A stretch of 60,822 nt of DNA, taken from NCBI GenBank assembly GCA_048213135.1, contig PS015019.1:7629-68450 (forward strand), in the 5' to 3' direction. The position numbers and the translations under genes were made by a program. The notes below the pieces were generated by a model. It had not been told where the DNA came from. It worked only from the letters and a program-made list of their open reading frames with translations, and searched no databases. Numbering within the stretch: position 1 is the first letter of the stretch; each line of letters begins with the position of its first letter. Positions 48,591 to 60,676 of this stretch are shown piece after piece. This DNA is from Reclinomonas americana ATCC 50394 (lineage: Eukaryota).

Positions 48591-51500
48591 TCACTTCCTT
48601 CGCCAGTGTGGCGTGCAGAACGCGTTACTGCAGTGAGTGATCATGAACCCCGTGGTGCCACTGCGGTAGCCCATGACTGGCATCTGATCCAGTCCAACGG
48701 CAATGGCCACACGATCGCCCTGCAGTGCGCCGACGAGTGAGGCGGAGTGTGAAGTGCTAATCGGCAACAAGAGACAACTGACCAAGTCCGTAGACATGTC
48801 GACAAGGCCGCTGTCGACCACAATAGCTGTCATGGTAGTGCACGACACCGACGAGCAGTGTGCCTGGAGAGCGCGGTGGTAAGCGATTATTGACTTTTCG
48901 ACAACAGCATTATAACCGTCATACTCACCGTCTTCACGACTTTGTTGCCGCTCAGGAGGTGCTGGAACGCCATAATTACGTAGCCGTCGAGACCAAGCGT
49001 GGCCGACACACTGCCGATGGCCTCAAACCCAACTGCACACAGGAAATATGTCATTAAAAGGACAAAAAGAGACGGGAAAGATGTAATGCAGCGAGAAACG
49101 AGAATGGATATCTCTCTCTCTCTCTCCCTCTTACCTCCGCCAGTGGTCACATCTGCTGTTGAGCAATCCTGTGCCTTGCAGTGCACCACCATCAACAACC
49201 CCGGCGACGTGTCGTCGTTCCGACACGCCATGAACGGGAACCCGTCGACACCAACGACCAAATTCACCGCCGCACTACGCGGTAAATGTCAACACGCCAC
49301 ACACACACGGACTACGAACAGGAGTGACACCTGCAGACGCACCCGTAGGATGTAGCCGACGATGTCACCTTTTGCGTTGTCGGCGCGGTCGACATGTCAA
49401 TAGCGCTGAAAGTGCCGAAATACAGCGCATTGTCACTGCCCTGGTAGGCGAAAATAATAAAGCCTGTCACTCCTTGCGTCATGGAAAATACACCTGCGAC
49501 GAGGACGGCAATCGCGACAGTGAGATAAAACGAATACTGGCGGTGCCGCGCCAACGGGGCACTCACCTGGCGAGACATTGTTAATTGTGTACGTGTAGTC
49601 GGGCGCCAACGTGCACAGAGTTTCTTTGCAATGCCTGATAATCAATGAGCCGCTCTGTAACAATGCAGCCACCACGGGTAAGCCGTCGGCGCCCATGGTA
49701 ATTTGCGTGTACTGTCGCCACACAGCGTAGCGTGGTTAGTCAAACAGTTGGCCGTTCACGCAAGAGACACAAGGCGCCGTACGCACTACAACTGTTCCAC
49801 CGAGGCTGAAGTGCGCGGGTGGTGTATCGATACCCTGACAGAGCACATTGCGACAATGGCCAATGGCTAGTTCGCCACCACGCGAGTATGCCACGAGGCC
49901 AAACGTGTCTGGTCCAACTGTCATACTCGTGGCAAAGCCGTAGTCTGACAGGCACGGTCAGGCTACAGAGCATACAAGCAGAATGAGCAAAGGAAGAACG
50001 CAACTAGAGGCGCCGCCACTGGCCTGATCGAGAAGCCAGGCGCGTGTGATACTGCAACCCGTGTCGAAGCAGTGCACAAGGATCAAGGCGTCCAGGGACG
50101 CGGAGCGCATCGGGAACAACGGCTTGCCGTCTGTGGCAGTAATACCATACATTTCGGCACCAAGATCCGTTGTTGTCAGTGTCGGGGGATCCTTGGCGAC
50201 CTGCGCACATTGGGAAGTAGAGGATGATGAGCATGTGACGAGGGTGAAGAATGACAGCAATCACAACGCAACTCCTGTTGAATCGAGTTCGTTGATGGTG
50301 ACTGGCGTCAGCGCCGGATACACGGGCAAGCGAGTCTGTCGGAAGCCAGGGTTGCCGGATACGGAAGCGAAAATGATACCGCCCACTGACATGTCGCGGT
50401 CGACAAACAGAGATCCTGCGGCACACACGGGGACAGCGTAGTCAGCGGTGTGAAAGATGGACTTGGGTGGGCACACAGAGTACACGCACCTTGAATGTTG
50501 AAATGTTGATCGGTCTGGATGTTGGAGGCGTCGAGGGCCTTCAGTTGTACCTGGTTGACGCCGGGTGTGCCAAACTTGATGCCCTCCAGACTCTCAATCA
50601 CGAGATTTTCTGCACACATACTTCAGTCAGCGCCCTCCCCCGCCACCGTGGTGTTCTGTGCCTCAAGACGCAACCTTCCAGCACGGTGGTGCCCTGCACG
50701 CGCAGGTTACCGTTGAGTCGCAAGTCGTTGACGGTGAAGCCACTGTCAATGGTGATTGTCTTGGGCGCGGAACGCCAGAGGGCGGGTGCATTTTGATCCA
50801 GTTGATCGCCGCCGATGTAGACCTTACCGGCGGAACCATTGGCATTGACCAAGCTCACCGTACCTGTGCAATCAGCGTGTCAGCAGAAGAACAAGCTCTC
50901 CCTGGGTGGGTGCAATCGCGCGTGCCACACTACCAGATAATGTCGTGTCACCATTGACCGTCAAGTCTTTGCCGATAAAGAGACTACCGTCAATGCGCTG
51001 TGATGCTGATATATCTAACACGCCGTCGGAACCCATGCCAATACGTAGTTGCAAATCGGCACCGAGGTACATGCTTGAGTTGACCAGCGTAACGTCGCCT
51101 GCATGCGATAACGCGATAAGTGACGTGATATGACTGGAGAGAGAGGCAAAACAGGAATAACAATGGCGACACGGTATCGCACCCGCGCAGCACGATGAAG
51201 AGAGGCACTCTCCTTGTTCCCAGCAACGCACCTTGGAAGTATGCTACTTGCGAAACGTGCAGTCCAGAGTTGAACGTGACGGTTCCCGTCGTGATATCCA
51301 TGTTGCCTGTGCTTGGCTTGATGTTGATGGTGTGTGTGGTGGAAGAGGAACCGGTGCCAGCGACGACCCACACCAAATCTCCATCCTGTCGCAGACATCG
51401 TCAATACAAATACCACCACTGCCATGCACGTTGTTGTTGCTTTCAACCGTACCTTGTTGACTGTCATCTTGAACTGGCCAGAGGGATTGGCCATGGAGAA

Positions 51501-54500
51501 CTCGGCCGTGGACTGCGCGCCTGTCGATCGGACAGAGAGAGTAGAATTGCCACCATCTGCAGTGAAACGAAAAAAGTGACGCGTGAGTGCGCACGCAACA
51601 AAGGGAACGAGTCTGCGAGTCCACTCGTTGCGCAACTGGGACTGAGCGGATTGGCCAACACGCGGAACTCGGCATTTCCAGAGCCCAACGGTTGCAGCTG
51701 CACAGCACCACGTAAGCGCATGCTACAAACAGTGGCAAGTAGACGTGATCGCACAACAAGCAAACCGTCCACTGCCGAGAAAAGAATGTGGCCGCCAACG
51801 GATCCCACTGCATGAGCGTCGTTGTCGTTGTAGATCCACCCACTGGCGTGGTCTCGCGAATCATTTTGAAAGTCGACCCGAGGCCTTGCAGGTAGTGCTT
51901 GCTATTCGCACTGGCCATCACCAACGAGGCCGGGAACGTGCCAGACGCCGCCGACTGCACCAGAACATTCGCCGCCTGCGTCCGTGACTGAATGGTAATG
52001 TCCATATTCGCACCAACGACGTTTGTTATCTGTGCGAAAAAGGGATGAGCAAGGAGGAGTAGATGAATTTGCGTGCTTCTCTCCCCCCTCACTGACAAGA
52101 GAGCGACAAAGAATGAGGCTCCACCCTCTTCCTTTTCTCCACCCATTTCTCTCTCTCCTTTCGCTGATACAGAATCGTACCGAGAAATCAGTGGCCGTCA
52201 CCACCACGGATCGTTGTGGGTCGCCTGTTGAGCTGACCGATTCGGTCACATCAAAGAAGCTCTGTAAAAACTGCGACTCTTTGTTGTAGTAGCGCATGGA
52301 GAACGTGCTGCCTTTTGCCGTCAGCTCAAAGGCATTGTTGCCGGAGGCCAAGCGGAGACCGGCACTAATGGCACAGAAGGCCGCAGTGAGTGGCACGGGG
52401 GGAGAGAGAGTGGGGAATCGTGCAAGCAACTCACCGCGCGGTGGGATTCTCTGCTTGCACAAAAATGCTGGAGGCACCCGTACGACTGGCTATCGTGGCC
52501 GTCAGCGGCTCGTCACGTGCGGTTGCAATCTGGAAACTACGACTGCGCATAACCACGTCGCCAGTCTCGCGAATCTCCATCACCTTGCCGGTGATACCGA
52601 GCCCGCTGGTGGAGTTGCGGGAGATGGAAAATCCACCAGTGTTCGACACACCCATGGCGTACGATACGTTGGCGCTCTCCAGGCGCAGCGAGCTGGTATG
52701 ATCCGGTGCACTGATAATCTGCAGCCGACGAATCGACAATCAGCACGATGACACCATAATGTTGCGCCTTACACACACGTGTACGCAACTCTCATTTCTG
52801 CATCGCCATTTACCGACACCAGCGCCGACGTCTGCGTGTCCTCTGACGAGATCAACAGACGCTGCGCGGTGAAGAGACCCTCTGTGCGCAGACCACGCGC
52901 CGAGAAATCGCCACCAGTGGAGAACGAGCCGTCGCGTCGAATTTGCAGGAGAAGAAAGTTGTCGCGCGACACAATAAAGGATCCGCTCCGGTTCTCTAGC
53001 ACAAGCGAGTCGCCGTCTGCAGACAGAGAAACGGTTGGATAATTGTGACCACAAGAAGAGATGAACAGGATGAGAACACACAGAGACACTTATGCTTCTT
53101 ACACCCACCGTACTCGAGACTGCCATCCTCTCGCACTGTACGATTGGCGTTCTCTTGCCGCAGGTACAGCTTGCCATCCAAAGAGCCCTCGCCAAAAATG
53201 TTGACATCGTTGTCCACAAGCACCATGCCTCCCTCAATGGTCAAACGCGTATTCGGCAGCGGAGTGAGGTCCTCCTCGCCCGTGTCGTCGGTCGGATGAG
53301 TTGTGTTGGTGCTGTTGGTGCCGGTGGCCGCTCGCAAATCGTACGCATCCAACTCAGCATCGTACGGTGCTGCATGCGGTGAGTAGGCCACAGCGGCGCG
53401 CTCATACTCGAAGCGGTTGCCCTGCGCCTCCATGAGTGAGTGGAATAGAAAGTCGACTAGAAAGCGTCAACCAACAAGCAATGTGTACCCGATGGTGGAA
53501 TTGATGCTTGGCAGGCGCCGTGCGCATTCGCAACGCGTTCGCGGCAGTGTCCACGGGAGCAGGCACTGCTGTAGTGCCAGTGCTGCCTGAGGAGAGCAAG
53601 GACCGACGACCGGCTCGTCCACCGGTCGGGAACAGTGGAACAGAGCGGCTTGTCGTTGTCGTAGTATCTGTGCGGCAGCAGAAAATACAAGTCAAAAACA
53701 TGAGGAGCAGAAACACTCTGGGGGTAAAACAACAACAACATATTCGCAACTCTTTGTCGCAAAGCTGCCTGTGAATTCGTGTCGTATTCTCATGCCGGGT
53801 GTGAACTCGCCGGTGGTGGAGTAGAGACCAAACTGTATATTCTGCGTGGTTCGATTCGCCTGCCGTATGTCGTTGACCATCGTGGTGATGCGCATGCTGG
53901 CGCCGTTCTTTGTGCGGTCCACAATCTGCGCGCGAGTTGAAGACGGGAGGCGGGACGAATCAGTGATGAGGAGGGCATCACTCACTGCACAGACACACGA
54001 CGTGCTCACCTCCAGCGTGTGCCGGGGAGTGTGTGCATTGATACCGACAAGGCCGTCGCGGGTGACAGTCAACACGGAACCAAAGGTCATCGAGCCGGCA
54101 AATGAAAACACCTCGCCGCCGACCATTGCAAAACCAATCCACGTCAGCATCGGAATGAGCAGCAACAGCGTCAAGATCATGAACGACAGCATGTAAATCT
54201 GCACAGGCACATAGATGCGTTGTGAGTGCGCACGAGCTAAGATGCGCGGATAAATGAAAAGAGAGAGAGAGCGCACCATGAACTGCTTCCACGACTCGGG
54301 GACACGCATGACGCGGCCCTTGGTGGTGCGTCCCTGCGTGAGGCGCTCATCCGTGCCCTTGAGGCGCACAAATGTCTTGCGCTCATCCTCTTCCGGAATC
54401 TCCACTCCGACAACGTCGTAGGCGGAGTAAGGGCGGCCCTGCAGGTACGAATGAATTCCACGGTGAGGATAGAGAGAAAATCACCGAGCCTGGTCGTGTG

Positions 54501-56535
54501 GACGACACAGAATACCGACGCAACTCCCGACGGTGAGCCAGGCGTGCCATTAATGGGTGGTCTACGCGCACCCGAAGCACGAGGATCAGTGGACGAGTTG
54601 CGCAGGTCAATGGTGGTCACTGCGTGGCGCGACACAGATGAGCGAGAGACACAGAGACCATGGCATGCGCGCGAGAGACGCAACGAGGGGCGGCATCCTG
54701 CAGCTGTCGCTCCACGGTGTTGAGGCGATCAAAGGTACCGGCATCTGTCGCACTGAAGCGGAACGTTGGCCGGTCCTCAACAGCCGGTGGCGGACGACTG
54801 CTCTCTGGTGGCAAATTCGGGGGCGGCCGAGGGAGTTCGCGACCTGTTGTTCCACACATTAGTAAACGCTCACTTCCCCTCTCTCCCTCTCCCTCTCCCT
54901 CTCTCTCGCTCACCAGGCAGGGTGGTCATGGCGCTCAGTGGTGATCGTTGAGAGGCCGGCGGTGGATTGCGTGAGGGGAACACACCGGCGGGGGAGCGCA
55001 AACCATCGCTGCCGAGCTCCATGGTACCGAGGTCGTCCAGCTCAATCGTGCTCTGCGCATCCCACACGATAAGCAACCCGATGAACGAGCACGTCGACAA
55101 TCAAAGAGCACACAACATCGTCAGGTCGACCACCAGCACGTGCAAAAATGTCCGACAGCGTGCGAGATTGCGTGGCAGGCGACGCAAAGCTGTCCATGAT
55201 GGAGTTTATGCGCTGTGGCGAATCAATGTTGACCGGCATCACAGCTCCACGCGATGCCTTCTTCTCGGCCATGTAGCGGCTGGCGTAGCCTGCGGGTGTG
55301 GCCGGTGGAATGCTGCCATGCGACGACGGCGACGACGCCGCAGCGGATCCAAGAGACATTGCCGATGCCGCAGCCGCGGCGGACGCAGACGCGGGTGGCG
55401 AAGCGGCGGTACTGGGCGCCATGGAAGCTGCGCCCGGCGAGATCAGCACACTATACAGCCAACGAGAACCACGCAACAGCGGCTCACCAAGATACGAGGC
55501 ACCGCGCGACACAAACAGGCCTTGACCCTCGCGACGCTGCTGCATGCTCTTTTCGAACGCCTCCATGGCTGTCGCACACACAGTGAGCACACACACGTTG
55601 TGGTATGCAGTGATGAAGACGCAACGTGTATCGTGTCGTTTGGCGCGCTGACCGCTGGCCGTCAGCTCCTGGCCTGCACACACACACATACACATCAGCA
55701 AATCGTGTCCGACCCGACCACGGCGCCAAATACACCCGGCGCAATAGAGATGCCACCAGTGTGTGCGTGGGTGTGGGTGTGTGCACACAAGTGGTACACA
55801 CACACTCAGAGAGCGACAGAGGAGAGGAGAGGGCGAAAGGCAAGGAGAGCGAGTGTGTCAACTGATATCTCACGCAGTGATCATCATCATCATCATCATC
55901 AAATGCCCGCGAGTACACACACACACACGCACGCACACACCCCACCACGTGTACAGACTGACTAACCATTGTGCGTGCACAGAAGAGCAACTCACTCTCT
56001 CTCTCTCTCTCTCTCTCTGCTCTCATCCTTTCCACTCTCTCTCACGCCACTCTCTCTCTCTCTCCGNNNNNNNNNNNNNNNNNNNNGGCGTGTTTGTGCA
56101 AGCGGAGAACCCGCGCGCTGCGCTCTCCACAGCCTCGCCACTCCTCATGACAGGAGGAGGAGGAGGCAGTGGAATGAACGCACCGGGTGCGCGTGGTGGT
56201 GGAGTCTCTCCGACTCCTCCCACGCAGCACAGAACCATGTCATCGTCGGCGTCGTCGTCGTCGCCAGGCGCGTCGCCCGGAAGAGGCTTTGATGCGGCCT
56301 CGGCTATCTATGGTGAGTGAGTGAGAGAGNNNNNNNNNNNNNNNNNNNNNNNNNNNNNNNNNNNNNNNNNNNNNNNNNNNNNNNNNNNNNNNNNNNNNNN
56401 NNNNNNNNNNNNNNNNNNNNNNNNTACGCGCTCAATCACGGGTTGGCGGATGAGATCACGACTGCCACTGCCTCCGCCTCCTCCTCCGCCTCCATTGGCG
56501 GCAGTGGCACGACCGCCGCCCTTGGGAGTGCTCAT
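48591..56535 (-). CDS. Large type II membrane protein: low-complexity cytoplasmic N-terminus, single TM, beta-rich fibre-like stalk, seven C-terminal G.DG...HC....C repeats; more than 20 exons
   Basis: TM IYMLSFMILTLLLLIPMLTWIGFAM (about 54125-54197), then DGLVGINAHTPRHTLE, G/S/T/V-rich strands (IDGSLFIGKDLTVNGDTTLSG, LRLNGNLRVQGTT), seven repeats, ending HCSNAFCTPHWRRK*. The model 5' of about 55670 is tentative because it includes a flipped contig at 56087-56329. Confidence 0.8.
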
Positions 56536-57047
56536 TTGGCGCGTGAGTGTGTGTGTGTGAGATTGAGATGATGAGTCATTGCATTGGACGCGCGCGACGT
56601 CGAGCTGGTGAGCAGTTTCGTGACGGACTTTAATTATGCACCGCTCCTGTGCATGTCGCCACTACTCACCCTTGTGTGCTGCAGCAAAATGGCTTGTGCA
56701 CGCAGTTTTTGTTTCGATATCTTTGTCGACGTCGACTCTAGATCTGCACGTGGGCCTGATCTCGCAGCTGTGAACAGGCGATCTATTGTATTCACCGGTG
56801 CTCCACTGGCTACTCAAAGTGGATCTGGCGTTGGTCTTGGTGGGGGATACAGCGGAAAAGCAATGCAATGTCCCTGCAGGATCCATTCCTGGCGAGCCGG
56901 CGATCAGCGCAGACCATAGCGTTGCGTCCTATCTCGACGCATCTGTACCCACAGCCTGAAGAGCTGCTCCTCGCCTCACGCCGTCGACTCGAACAAACAG
57001 AGTGAACTTCGCGACTTGTCCTGCGCGTCGGAAGATTGATTCTCACG

Positions 57048-57831
57048 ATGGACGAGGGCGAGAAGCGAAGGAAGAGCGGCGGTGGAGGAGGCGGCAGCAC
57101 AAGTGGGAGCACGCCAAGGAAGGGCGCGGCGACTGCCGGTGGAGACAGGTCAATTACAAGAGAAAACCACACCGAGAGATGAGAGGGAGAGAAAGAGAGA
57201 GAGTGGTTGCAGGCAGACAAACGCCAGCTGTGCCTGCGTACTCGAGCCGATCGTGCTGAGAAAAGAGAGAAGAGGAGGTGGCGAGGGGAGGGCGTGTGGT
57301 TGTCTGCGCAAATGGCGCCCATTTGTCGCACATTTCTGACACGCACACACTCTTCTCCCCCCTTTTTCGCGTTCTATTTTGCCTCCATGTTTCTCCGCTG
57401 CACATATGATGTGCTCTCTGTCTCTCATCTCTCACCTCCCTGGTTGAGCTGAAACGCACTTCTTTGTGTGTGTTGCTTTTTTTCTTGCAACAAAATGACT
57501 CACGTTGTTGAGGGTGATTGCATGCGCGTTTTGCACAGATATGCACGCGGAACGTGGTTGGGCGAGGCGTACTTTGAACTGATGGAGAGCAAGGAGGTGA
57601 GTGGGCGTCAATTTTGGTGACGGACAAGTGAGAGAGGAGAGGCGGAGAGCAGAACGAGGAGCAGGGAGGGAGATAGAGAGAGCATGGGAGAGGGTGCAAG
57701 GGAGTGTGTTTGAGTGAGTGACGAGTGATGATGTGTGGTTTCTTCGGATCAATCGTCGGCAATCACTCTGTTTTCTCGCGGATCAATGTCTGAGATCTCT
57801 CTCTTCTCGTTCCCTCGTATGTATGTATGTA

Positions 57832-57921
<90 letters not shown>

Positions 57922-60676
57922 NNNNNNNNNNNNNNNNNNNNNNNNNNNNNNNNNNNNNNNNNNNNNNNNNNNNNNNNNNNNNNNNNNNNNNNNNNNNNNN
58001 NNNNNNNNNNNNNNNNNNNNNNNNNNNNNNNNNNNNNNNNNNNNNNNNNNNNNNNNNNNNNNNNNNNNNNNNNNNNNNNNNNNNNNNNNNNNNNNNNNNN
58101 NNNNNNNNNNNNNNNNNNNNNNNNNNNNNNNNNNNNNNNNNNNNNNNNNNNNNNNNNNNNNNNNNNNNNNNNNNNNNNNNNNNNNNNNNNNNNNNNNNNN
58201 NNNNNNNNNNNNNNNNNNNNNNNNNNNNNNNNNNNNNNNNNNNNNNNNNNNNNNNNNNNNNNNNNNNNNNNNNNNNNNNNNNNNNNNNNNNNNNNNNNNN
58301 NNNNNNNNNNNNNNNNNNNNNNNNNNNNNNNNNNNNNNNNNNNNNNNNNNNNNNNNNNNNNNNNNNNNNNNNNNNNNNNNNNNNNNNNNNNNNNNNNNNN
58401 NNNNNNNNNNNNNNNNNNNNNNNNNNNNNNNNNNNNNNNNNNNNNNNNNNNNNNNNNNNNNNNNNNNNNNNNNNNNNNNNNNNNNNNNNNNNNNNNNNNN
58501 NNNNNNNNNNNNNNNNNNNNNNNNNNNNNNNNNNNNNNNNNNNNNNNNNNNNNNNNNNNNNNNNNNNNNNNNNNNNNNNNNNNNNNNNNNNNNNNNNNNN
58601 NNNNNNNNNNNNNNNNNNNNNNNNNNNNNNNNNNNNNNNNNNNNNNNNNNNNNNNNNNNNNNNNNNNNNNNNNNNNNNNNNNNNNNNNNNNNNNNNNNNN
58701 NNNNNNNNNNNNNNNNNNNNNNNNNNNNNNNNNNNNNNNNNNNNNNNNNNNNNNNNNNNNNNNNNNNNNNNNNNNNNNNNNNNNNNNNNNNNGTGTGTGC
58801 CCAGCCCACGTTGTCGCGCTATTGCATATTCGGGCAGGGGTCCACTGAATCTCTCGAGGCTTTCCGTCTCGTCTCGTTATTCTGCAGCTTTCGCTCACTC
58901 GATCCATTCCACGTGCACAGCCGCTGAGCGTCTCCAAAATCCTGTCACGAATCATTGACCGAGGCGAATTCACATTCAGCGGAGGTGATGCCGCTCGCCT
59001 TTTTTTTTTCCCCCCTCTCTCGCTCACATTGCTGACTTCTTCTCCCGATAGCCACGCCCTCCAACACCCTGTCCAGTCGCATCTCCACCGATGCAAAGCG
59101 AGCCGACTCCAAGCTGGCCCGCGTCGGTGTGCAATACACCTTGAAATGCCTGCTGCCCGCAGGTGCCGTGGCGGCAACCGAGGCAGCTGTGGCGGCAGCA
59201 TCTGCAGCGGCCGCAGCGGGTTCCTCGTCAACGACCACGAGTGCGAGCGGGTCGCGGAGGGCAAAGGTGTGTGGTTTGGTGTTTTGAGGCTTGTGTGACG
59301 AGACACCGTCTCAGTGTCGAATGTGCCCGCAGGATGACGGTGCTGGGTCGAAGCGAGCAGCGGCCACTGCCGCCGCGAACGGTGCCCCACCGGTGAAGAA
59401 GCAGCGCAAGTCCAGTTGCGCCTCACCGAATGTCCAATCATCAAAAGACGTTGTCTCTCATTATTCCATTCGTCTCGCAGGGACGGCTGTTGGGTCGCAA
59501 TCTCACCCAGTAGCTGCGGTGCGTTGGCGCGAGACATGTTTCCACGCGCGAGGGAGGGAGCGCAGCGTCTCACTGACTACTCTGTGGCGTGCGTAGAAGG
59601 ACGAAGATACGGGGGCTGTGGAAACGGACGATGGTGGCAGTGAGGCAGACGGTGACGATCAGGTACGCCTATGTGATGTCATTGATCCATGCATGGCAGT
59701 AGTGTCACGACTCCGTATCGTGCAGTTGCCATTGCCGTACCGCGTAGCAGCCGGTTCTGCGGGTCTTAGTGTGTTTGTGACGTCGCTTGGTCGGGCATAC
59801 CGTGGCCAACTGAGGCATCTGTGGCAGTACCCAGGGTCATCAGAGGTGAAACGAGTGCGCAGAAAGAGGAAGGCTGACTCTCTATCCTCATCGATGATGA
59901 TTCTTCCGCAGTTGACCTTGACAATCGGTTACCAAGCAGTGTGGGTTCCCAAAAAGAACAGTGCCTATCGTGGTTGCACGTGGCACATGACGGTGGAGGA
60001 GCATGTGAACGGAGGGCCGGTGTTTGTAGTTGCGTCTGGGTCTGGCACTCTCTCTTGTTCACAAATCTGTGGTCTCACGTGTGCTGGGTGCNNNNNNNNN
60101 NNNNNNNNNNNNNNNNNNNNNNNNNNNNNNNNNNNNNNNNNNNNNNNNNNNNNNNNNNNNNNNNNNNNNNNNNNNNNNNNNNNNNNNNNNNNNNNNNNNN
60201 NNNNNNNNNNNNNNNNNNNNNNNNNNNNNNNNNNNNNNNNNNNNNNNNNNNNNNNNNNNNNNNNNNNNNNNNNNNNNNNNNNNNNNNNNNNNNNNNNNNN
60301 NNNNNNNNNNNNNNNNNNNNNNNNNNNNNNNNNNNNNNNNNNNNNNNNNNNNNNNNNNNNNNNNNNNNNNNNNNNNNNNNNNNNNNNNNNNNNNNNNNNN
60401 NNNNNNNNNNNNNNNNNNNNNGACGCGCAGATGTGGTGTCCTGAACTGGAGCTGGGGTTCTCTGGATCGACACCAGACGCACCATGGAAATCCTTGTTTG
60501 ATTCTCTGGGGTCACGGACGGCAATTGAATCACCGGGGGTACGCTGTCCCACTCACTCGATGTTGAGTCCTTTCCCATGCGTGCTCTGTTTCTCACATTG
60601 GTTCCCGTTGCAGCTCTGGGGCTATCTGGATCCTGCGGTGCGTCACGCAATAGCCTTACTGAGTCACAAAGAATAG
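57048..60676 (+). CDS. Chromatin-type protein with HARE-HTH and FYRN/FYRC domains, multi-exon with gaps
   Basis: In-phase exons give TWLGEAYFELMESKE|PLSVSKILSRIIDRGEFTFSG|ATPSNTLSSRISTDAKRADSKLARVG (HARE-HTH pattern), NLS-like PVKKQRK, then LPLPYRV...VTSLG...IGYQAVW...GPVFV and FSGSTPDAPW...LWGYLDPAVRHAI (FYRN/FYRC). Confidence 0.75.
57817..57920. repeat. (GTAT)n(GT)n microsatellite in an intron of the HARE-HTH/FYR gene
   Basis: Direct inspection. Confidence 0.95.

Noticed and set aside
56087-56329. Independent + strand gene fragment, sharing the peptide FVQAENP with the minus-strand exon near 52450
   Set aside because: The contig is gap-bounded. When flipped, its donor (TAT G|GTGAGT) and GA tract fit the minus-strand fibre gene. 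The 7-residue match overlaps a likely acceptor region and is probably chance.
56580-57000. Structured ncRNA (RNase P/MRP-like) in the divergent intergenic region
   Set aside because: Only a short CAGACCA resemblance; no matching 5' P4 strand or other conserved elements were found.
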